Below are positions 58,860 to 64,000 of a stretch of 64,000 bases of DNA, piece by piece. Numbering within the stretch: position 1 is the first letter of the stretch; every line of letters begins with the position of its first letter. The translations under genes and the position numbers were made by a program. The DNA is from Candidatus Latescibacterota bacterium (GTDB lineage Bacteria > Latescibacterota > UBA2968 > UBA8231), in the NCBI GenBank assembly GCA_965242865.1, contig CBDETK010000013.1, forward strand, positions 3,776,001 through 3,840,000, read 5' to 3'. The notes under the pieces are model-generated. The model did not search any database. It was not told the DNA's origin and saw nothing but the letters and a program-made list of their open reading frames with translations.

Positions 58860-58880
58860 CACTGCTTTAGAGGATTCAGG

Positions 58881-58923
58881 TACAGGGCTTGACCATTCAA
58901 AACCCATTCGCGTAACCATTGCA
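58881..58923 (+). repeat. 43-bp direct repeat, copy 2
   Basis: Identical to 58516-58558; spacing 365 bp. Confidence 0.97.
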
Positions 58924-59009
58924 GTTTGCTGATAGCATTTTTGTACCGAACGCGAGTAGAGGCGCGAAAAGAACGATACACAGCCCGGCCCCTCCGGTCT
59001 GTGGGCACT

Positions 59010-60461
59010 TTATTTGAGCGCCCGCTCTAGCCGCTGGCAAAGCGTCTCAATGACCTTGAGGCGGGCGAATCGTTTGTCGTTGCCCTGCACCAAGGTCCAA
59101 CGAGCAGTGGGCGTGTGAGTGCGCGCTACCATGTCGTCAACCGCGGCTTCGTAATCGTCCCATTTCTCTCGGTTGCGCCAGTCTTCGGCGGTGATCTTCC
59201 AGCGCTTGTGCGGGGTCGCCTGACGCGCCTTGAAGCGCCGGAGCTGCTCGTCCTTGTCGATGTGAAGCCAGTATTTGGCCACCACGATGCCGCAGTCTGT
59301 TAGCTGCTCCTCAAAATCGTTGATTTCGCCGTACGCCCGCTGCCAAGCCGCTTCGTCGGCAAAGCCCTCGACGCGCTCAACTAGCACTCGGCCATACCAA
59401 CTGCGGTCGAAAATCGTCATCCGACCGGCGCGCGGCAGGTGCCGCCAAAAGCGCCAAAGATAGTGTTGGGCGTGTTCTTCTTCCGTGGGAGCGGTGATTT
59501 GGACGATCCGATAGATACAGGGGTCGAGGGCAGCCGTCAGGCGCTGGATGACCCCACCCTTGCCCGCGGCATCGGCCCCCTCGAAAACCAAGACGGTAGA
59601 GACGCCTTGGCGGCGAGCCTGCTGAGTCAAGCGATAGAGCCGACCTTGGTGGCGCTCTAGCAGGGCGCGGTACTCCTTTTTGGGCACCCGTTTTTCCATG
59701 TCCAACTCGGTCAGCACGCGGGGCGCGGGCGGCCAGTCAACCGGCTTGGGACGGCTCTTTTGCGCCAAGCGCTGGCGAATGGCGTCGCGCACGGCGCGGC
59801 CCATTGCCAACGGGTAGTGCGGATCGCTGCCTTCGACAACCTGCCAATGGGCGCCGCTGAGATTGGTCTTTTGCAGCAAGCGGTCGGCCGCTCGCTTGAA
59901 CTCGTCGTAGTCTTTCAGGCCTTCTCGCGTGCCCGCGGTCACTCGCCAGCGGGTCAGGGGGTTCCGCTCCAAGGCCGCAACGCGCTTCTGCCGCGCCTTT
60001 TTGCTTAGATGAATCCACAACTTGATCAGCAACGCCCCATCGACGACGAGCGCGTTTTCAAAGGCCGCAATGCGCTCGCGGTCGCGCGCAAAAGCCGCCT
60101 CATCGCTGCGCCCATGCGCTAGGTCGCGCAGCGGGCGGTCGTACCAGCCGTTTAAGTATAGGCCGATGGTTCCCTTCAGCGGCAGCGACAGCCAATAGCG
60201 CCAGTACTCCGGGCGCTCGCGTTCCTCTGCGGACGGCGGCTCAAAGGCGCAGACCGCAGTGCGGTGCGAGCCTAGCCACTGCCTGAGCACGTTGCTCGCC
60301 GCGCCCGTACCAGCGCCGACGAAACCACCTAAGACGATGAGGGTTGGAAAGCGAGCTTGCTGCAACCGATCTTGAGCCGCGATCAGTTCCATGCACAACT
60401 CGGCTTCGAGCTTTTTGTATGGGCCGGTCGGAACGCCGCAGTCCAACTCGTTGGTTGCCAT
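59010..60461 (-). CDS. pap: Two-domain polyphosphate kinase 2 (polyphosphate:AMP phosphotransferase)
   Basis: Start ATG 60461 after GGGAGAG; C-terminal domain FEGADAAGKGG, YLWRFW, FDRSWYGRVLVERV, WKITAEDW; degenerate N-terminal domain. Confidence 0.9.
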   Translation of the reverse strand: MATNELDCGVPTGPYKKLEAELCMELIAAQDRLQQARFPTLIVLGGFVGAGTGAASNVLRQWLGSHRTAVCAFEPPSAEERERPEYWRYWLSLPLKGTIGLYLNGWYDRPLRDLAHGRSDEAAFARDRERIAAFENALVVDGALLIKLWIHLSKKARQKRVAALERNPLTRWRVTAGTREGLKDYDEFKRAADRLLQKTNLSGAHWQVVEGSDPHYPLAMGRAVRDAIRQRLAQKSRPKPVDWPPAPRVLTELDMEKRVPKKEYRALLERHQGRLYRLTQQARRQGVSTVLVFEGADAAGKGGVIQRLTAALDPCIYRIVQITAPTEEEHAQHYLWRFWRHLPRAGRMTIFDRSWYGRVLVERVEGFADEAAWQRAYGEINDFEEQLTDCGIVVAKYWLHIDKDEQLRRFKARQATPHKRWKITAEDWRNREKWDDYEAAVDDMVARTHTPTARWTLVQGNDKRFARLKVIETLCQRLERALK

Positions 60462-60595
60462 TGATCGTCTCTCTCCCTTAAAAAAATAGTAAAAAAATCG
60501 CCGCGGATGTCCAATCCGCAATCCACAACGCGCCAATTGCCGACCACAGGGCAAAGCCGTAGATTTTCGTCCTCTTTGGCAAAGGAGTTTTTGGC

Positions 60596-61846
60596 ATGGA
60601 AGTACTCGGCGGTCCGCTTTTTGGCGTGGCCGGAGCCGGAGAATCGCACGGGCCGGCGATCGTCACCACGGTCTTTGGTTGTCCCCCCGGCCTGTGGGTG
60701 GAGCGCGACCAGATCCAGCACTATCTCGACCGCCGCCGCCCCGGCGGCAATAAGTTGGGCACCCCTCGGCGCGAAAGCGACCAAGTCGCCCTGCTGGCCG
60801 GCCTCTACTCAGAAGACCACGACCGGCTCCTATCCGGCCCGGCGCTGCACTTGCACCTAGGCGCAGGCGAGACGCCGGTGCGGACCTATGAAGCGGGCTT
60901 TACTACGGGCGAACCGATCGCCACGGCCGTGCTCTCGGCCGCCAAGCGCTCGGGCGATTACCAGCAATTCGCCGGACCGCAGGGCCACGTCCGGCCCGGG
61001 CATACCGACCTAGTCAAGCACTACAAATCGCGGGGCTTTGTCGATGTGCGCGGCGGCGGGCGTTCGAGCTATCGCTCGACCATCTCGGATGTCATCGGCG
61101 GCACCATTGCTCGCCTCTATCTGGCCGAGCACTTCGGCACGGCCATTTTTTCGTCAATCTGCCAAGTCGGGCCGCTGGAGACGGGTATTTCCCTAGCGGC
61201 CCGAGTCGCCAAACTAGTCCGCGAGGCCAATGGGCCGCCCCTGTCTCCCGCAACGTGTGCCGCCCTCGAAAGCGACCTAGAGCGCGGACCGCTCCGGGCG
61301 ATAGATGCGGATTTCGCTCGCCAAGCGGCCGAGCTGATTGCCAAGACCCGCAAGGAGCAGGACTCCATCGGCGCTGCAATCGAAGTAGTGGCCGTCAATG
61401 TGCCCCCGCTCGCGGGCGAACCCCTGTACCAAAGCCTGAAGTCGCGCCTCATGGGCAGCCTCGGCGGCCTACACGCCGTGCAAGCCTGCGAAATAGGCTC
61501 GGGCCGCGCCGCGTCTGCACGCCGCGGCAGCGAGCACAACGATCCCATTCGCACGAGCGGATACCAGAGCAACAGCCACGGCGGCCTGCTCGGCGGCGTG
61601 ACGACGGGGATGCCGCTAGTATGCCGCTTGAGCTTCAAGCCCACGGCCACCATTGCCCGGCCGCAAAATTCCGTGTGCAAGGACCTCCAAGAAATCGAGT
61701 TCCAGCTCGCCAAGGGGCGGCACGACCCCTGCGTGGGAGTGCGTGCCGGGGCGACCTTGGAGTCGCGGCTGGCCATCGAGCTGCTAAACGCCGTACTCGC
61801 CCACCAAGCGCACTGCGTAGATGCGAAAAATTTCAACCTTTTCTGA
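60596..61846 (+). CDS. aroC: Chorismate synthase (divergent)
   Basis: GESHG, RRRPG, TTGEPI, RPGHTD, RGGGRSS, GG.LGG.TTG, FKPT, GRHDPC. Confidence 0.9.
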   Translation: MEVLGGPLFGVAGAGESHGPAIVTTVFGCPPGLWVERDQIQHYLDRRRPGGNKLGTPRRESDQVALLAGLYSEDHDRLLSGPALHLHLGAGETPVRTYEAGFTTGEPIATAVLSAAKRSGDYQQFAGPQGHVRPGHTDLVKHYKSRGFVDVRGGGRSSYRSTISDVIGGTIARLYLAEHFGTAIFSSICQVGPLETGISLAARVAKLVREANGPPLSPATCAALESDLERGPLRAIDADFARQAAELIAKTRKEQDSIGAAIEVVAVNVPPLAGEPLYQSLKSRLMGSLGGLHAVQACEIGSGRAASARRGSEHNDPIRTSGYQSNSHGGLLGGVTTGMPLVCRLSFKPTATIARPQNSVCKDLQEIEFQLAKGRHDPCVGVRAGATLESRLAIELLNAVLAHQAHCVDAKNFNLF

Positions 61847-61863
61847 TTGTCAGCTTTTAGCAC

Positions 61864-62910
61864 TCACAACGCCGGCATCTCCACGCCCAGCTCGGCCGCA
61901 ACTTGGCCGAGTTCGTCCCAAGTGGGTTGGGGCAAATCAATGCCTTCGACCAGCCGCCGCGCCCTAGTCTTCTGCTCGAGCTCGCCGGGCGCATAGACTT
62001 TATCAAACCCGGGCAAGGGACGAGCCGAGCACACCCATTGGGCCAGCGCTTCGACTTCGCGCTCGTACGAGGCCAAGTCGATAAAGTCTGCGATATTGAT
62101 CGCCAAGACCATGATCCCGTTGCCGCTGTTGCCGCCGTTTTTGGTGCAGCCCGCGTGCGAAAGCGGTCCCACCAACATTTCTACCATCATCGCCAGCCCG
62201 CTGCCCTTGTGCCCAAACTGTAGGCCGCCCAACGGCAAGACGCCGGTGCCCTCGGCGTCGTCTAAATAGCGCTGGGCATCGGTGACCGGCTGGCCTTCCT
62301 GATCGATAACCCACCCTTCGGGCAGCGGCTCTTGGCGAATGCTCTTCTGCACGATTTTGCCACCGGCCACGACGGTCATGGTCATATCGAGCATGAAAGG
62401 CGGACCATTTTGGCGCGGAGCAGAAAAGGCGATCGGCTCGGGACGCAGGCGGCGGTCGGCCGAGCCAAAGGGCGCTAGGAAGAGGCCACCGCCATTGAGC
62501 CAAACCATGCCGATCAGGCCCCGTTCGGCGATCCGCGGCGGATAGTCGCCGAGCCGGCAGATATGGCTGACGTGGTTGAGGCCGACAAAGCCGAAGGTGG
62601 AGTTTTGGGCCTTTTCAACGGCGATATCGAGGGCGCGATTGACCGCGACGATGCCGTTGGCCCCCTTCCCGTTGACGATCCTGAGCACGGGGGTGTCGCG
62701 CACGACTTGGGTCTCTTCCCAGCGAATGTAGTTGTTCCGCATGCTGCGGGCGTAGTTGGGGACCAGCCAAGTGCCGTGGGAATCGTGGCCGTGCAAGTGG
62801 CTTTCGACGACGTGGTCGGCGACGATGCGAGCGTCGGCTGCGGGGATACCCGTAGCGGCAAAAATGCGGTAGCAGAGATCGTTGAGGATGTCGTGTTGGA
62901 CTACGGGCAT
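61864..62910 (-). CDS. Ldh_2 (malate/L-lactate/ureidoglycolate dehydrogenase) family oxidoreductase
   Basis: GHDSHG, SHICRL, EPIAF, LDM, PEGW.ID..G.P.TD, GHKGSGL, PGE. Confidence 0.9.
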   Translation of the reverse strand: MPVVQHDILNDLCYRIFAATGIPAADARIVADHVVESHLHGHDSHGTWLVPNYARSMRNNYIRWEETQVVRDTPVLRIVNGKGANGIVAVNRALDIAVEKAQNSTFGFVGLNHVSHICRLGDYPPRIAERGLIGMVWLNGGGLFLAPFGSADRRLRPEPIAFSAPRQNGPPFMLDMTMTVVAGGKIVQKSIRQEPLPEGWVIDQEGQPVTDAQRYLDDAEGTGVLPLGGLQFGHKGSGLAMMVEMLVGPLSHAGCTKNGGNSGNGIMVLAINIADFIDLASYEREVEALAQWVCSARPLPGFDKVYAPGELEQKTRARRLVEGIDLPQPTWDELGQVAAELGVEMPAL

Positions 62911-62923
62911 GAGCGGGTCCTTC

Positions 62924-64000
62924 CTAAGAGGCGTGTACTTCCATCAACTCGGCGAAGTACCTAAACAGATGGAAGCTGTCGTGCGGACCCGGCGAGGCCT
63001 CCGGGTGGCACTGGATGGAAAAAATGGGGAGTTCGCGGTGGTGCAGGCCCTCGACGCAGTTGTCGTTGAGGTTGCGGCGGGTGATCTCAAGGCAGCTCGG
63101 CAAGGAGTCGGCCGCAATGCCCCAGCCGTGGTTTTCCGCGGTGATCAAAATCCGGCCGCTCGTGCGTTCCTTGATCGGCTGGTTGGCTCCTCGGTGGCCG
63201 AACTTGAGGCGGTAAATTTCCGCGCCAAAAGCCAAGCCGAGAATCTCGTGGCCCAAGCAGATGCCGAAGATCGGCTTCTTGCCGATGAGGCCCTTGCAAG
63301 TCTCGATCGCGTAGCTGAGGGGCCGGGGATCGCCCGGGCCGTTGGAGAGAAAGACGCCGTGCGGGTCCAAAGCCAAGACTTCGTCGGCCGTGGTGTTGGC
63401 CGGTACGACCGTCACCTTGCAGCCCGCGGCGACCAAGCAGCGGACGATGTTGCGCTTGATTCCGTAGTCGAGCGCGACCACGTGGAAGCGCGGGGCTTCC
63501 GGGCTTTCGACATAGGGCGCAGAGCAGCTAACGGCGGCGACCATATCTACGCCGGTGAGCCCGGGCCAAGCGCGTGCCTTCTCTACCAAGCGGTCCGGGT
63601 CGAGATCGGTGGTGGAAATGGCGGCGTCCATCACGCCCTTGATCCGCACTCTGCGGGTCAACTCGCGGGTGTCAATGCCCTCAATGCCGAGAACGCCGTG
63701 CTCTTCGAGGTACTCGGGCAAGCTCTGACGCGCCCGCCAGCTACTCGGCCGGCGGCAGCACTCCTTCATCAGGAAGCCGCGGACTTGGGGCCGCGCTGAT
63801 TCGTCGTCTTCGGGCGCGACCCCGTAGTTGCCGATAAGTGGGTACGTCATGGTGACGATCTGGCCGGCATAGGAGGGGTCCGTGAGAATTTCCTGATAGC
63901 CGGTTAGGCTGGTATTGAAGACCATCTCGCCGAGGCACTCCCCTCCGCGACCGAGGGCCCGGCCCTTAAAGACGGTGCCGTCCTCGAGCGCGACGAGTGC
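62924..64000 (-). CDS. carA: Carbamoyl-phosphate synthase small subunit (5' end beyond window)
   Basis: LEDGT, VFNTSLTGYQEILTDPSY, SNGPGDP, GICLGH, FGHRG.N, HPEASPGPHD. Confidence 0.97.
   Translation of the reverse strand, partial: ALVALEDGTVFKGRALGRGGECLGEMVFNTSLTGYQEILTDPSYAGQIVTMTYPLIGNYGVAPEDDESARPQVRGFLMKECCRRPSSWRARQSLPEYLEEHGVLGIEGIDTRELTRRVRIKGVMDAAISTTDLDPDRLVEKARAWPGLTGVDMVAAVSCSAPYVESPEAPRFHVVALDYGIKRNIVRCLVAAGCKVTVVPANTTADEVLALDPHGVFLSNGPGDPRPLSYAIETCKGLIGKKPIFGICLGHEILGLAFGAEIYRLKFGHRGANQPIKERTSGRILITAENHGWGIAADSLPSCLEITRRNLNDNCVEGLHHRELPIFSIQCHPEASPGPHDSFHLFRYFAELMEVHAS

Noticed and set aside
57890-58923. Integron cassette array
   Set aside because: The boxes lack attC-like inverted-repeat structure and there is no intI in the window.
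59010-60461. Degenerate N-terminal PPK2 domain as a novelty
   Set aside because: An inactive N-terminal domain is known for two-domain class II PPK2/PAP enzymes.
60505-60545. Sigma54 promoter for ppk2 (TGGC...TTGC on the minus strand)
   Set aside because: The GG-to-GC spacing is not 10 nt.
62882-63799. Long antisense ORFs (this one and similar ones, e.g. 7379-8131, 41752-42666)
   Set aside because: Antisense shadows of well-supported genes, expected in GC-rich DNA.

Overview
GC-rich bacterial chromosome segment, probably from a Latescibacterota/Gemmatimonadota/Poribacteria-like, possibly host-associated lineage. That placement is inferred from the PhyH dioxygenases, NYPNPFN/FlgD-Ig + dockerin + WD40 secreted proteins, a kinase-ankyrin gene and GPP34. 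Core and metabolic genes are hrpA, the nfeD-nfeD-floA-yqfB operon, tRNA-Leu(CAA), cdaA, an rpoZ-like gene, a sugar cluster (AKR/SIS/SDR/ROK/MetE-like), RND efflux, ggt-potABC, ltaE, yyaL, an acyl-CoA ligase, ppk2/pap, aroC, an Ldh-2 oxidoreductase and carA. Accessory material is interleaved: an EcoRV-like R-M pair, two WD40 genes inside the RND operon, TA modules and many gene remnants absent from the ORF track. Most notable: (i) two tandem TA units sharing a 17-bp 5' box and a 43-bp 3' box around unrelated contents; (ii) a 2-kb duplicated coiled-coil/kinase-ankyrin unit with reciprocal decay; (iii) an apparent window-wide CCWGG depletion with CTWGG/CCWAG enrichment, suggesting m5C deamination; (iv) a sigma54-type promoter before a 25/18-residue repeat, tail-anchored coiled-coil protein; (v) an unannotated 52-aa membrane peptide after tRNA-Leu. 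I saw no CRISPR array, integrase, reverse transcriptase or intact IS. All product calls come from motif recognition by eye, not from database searches.
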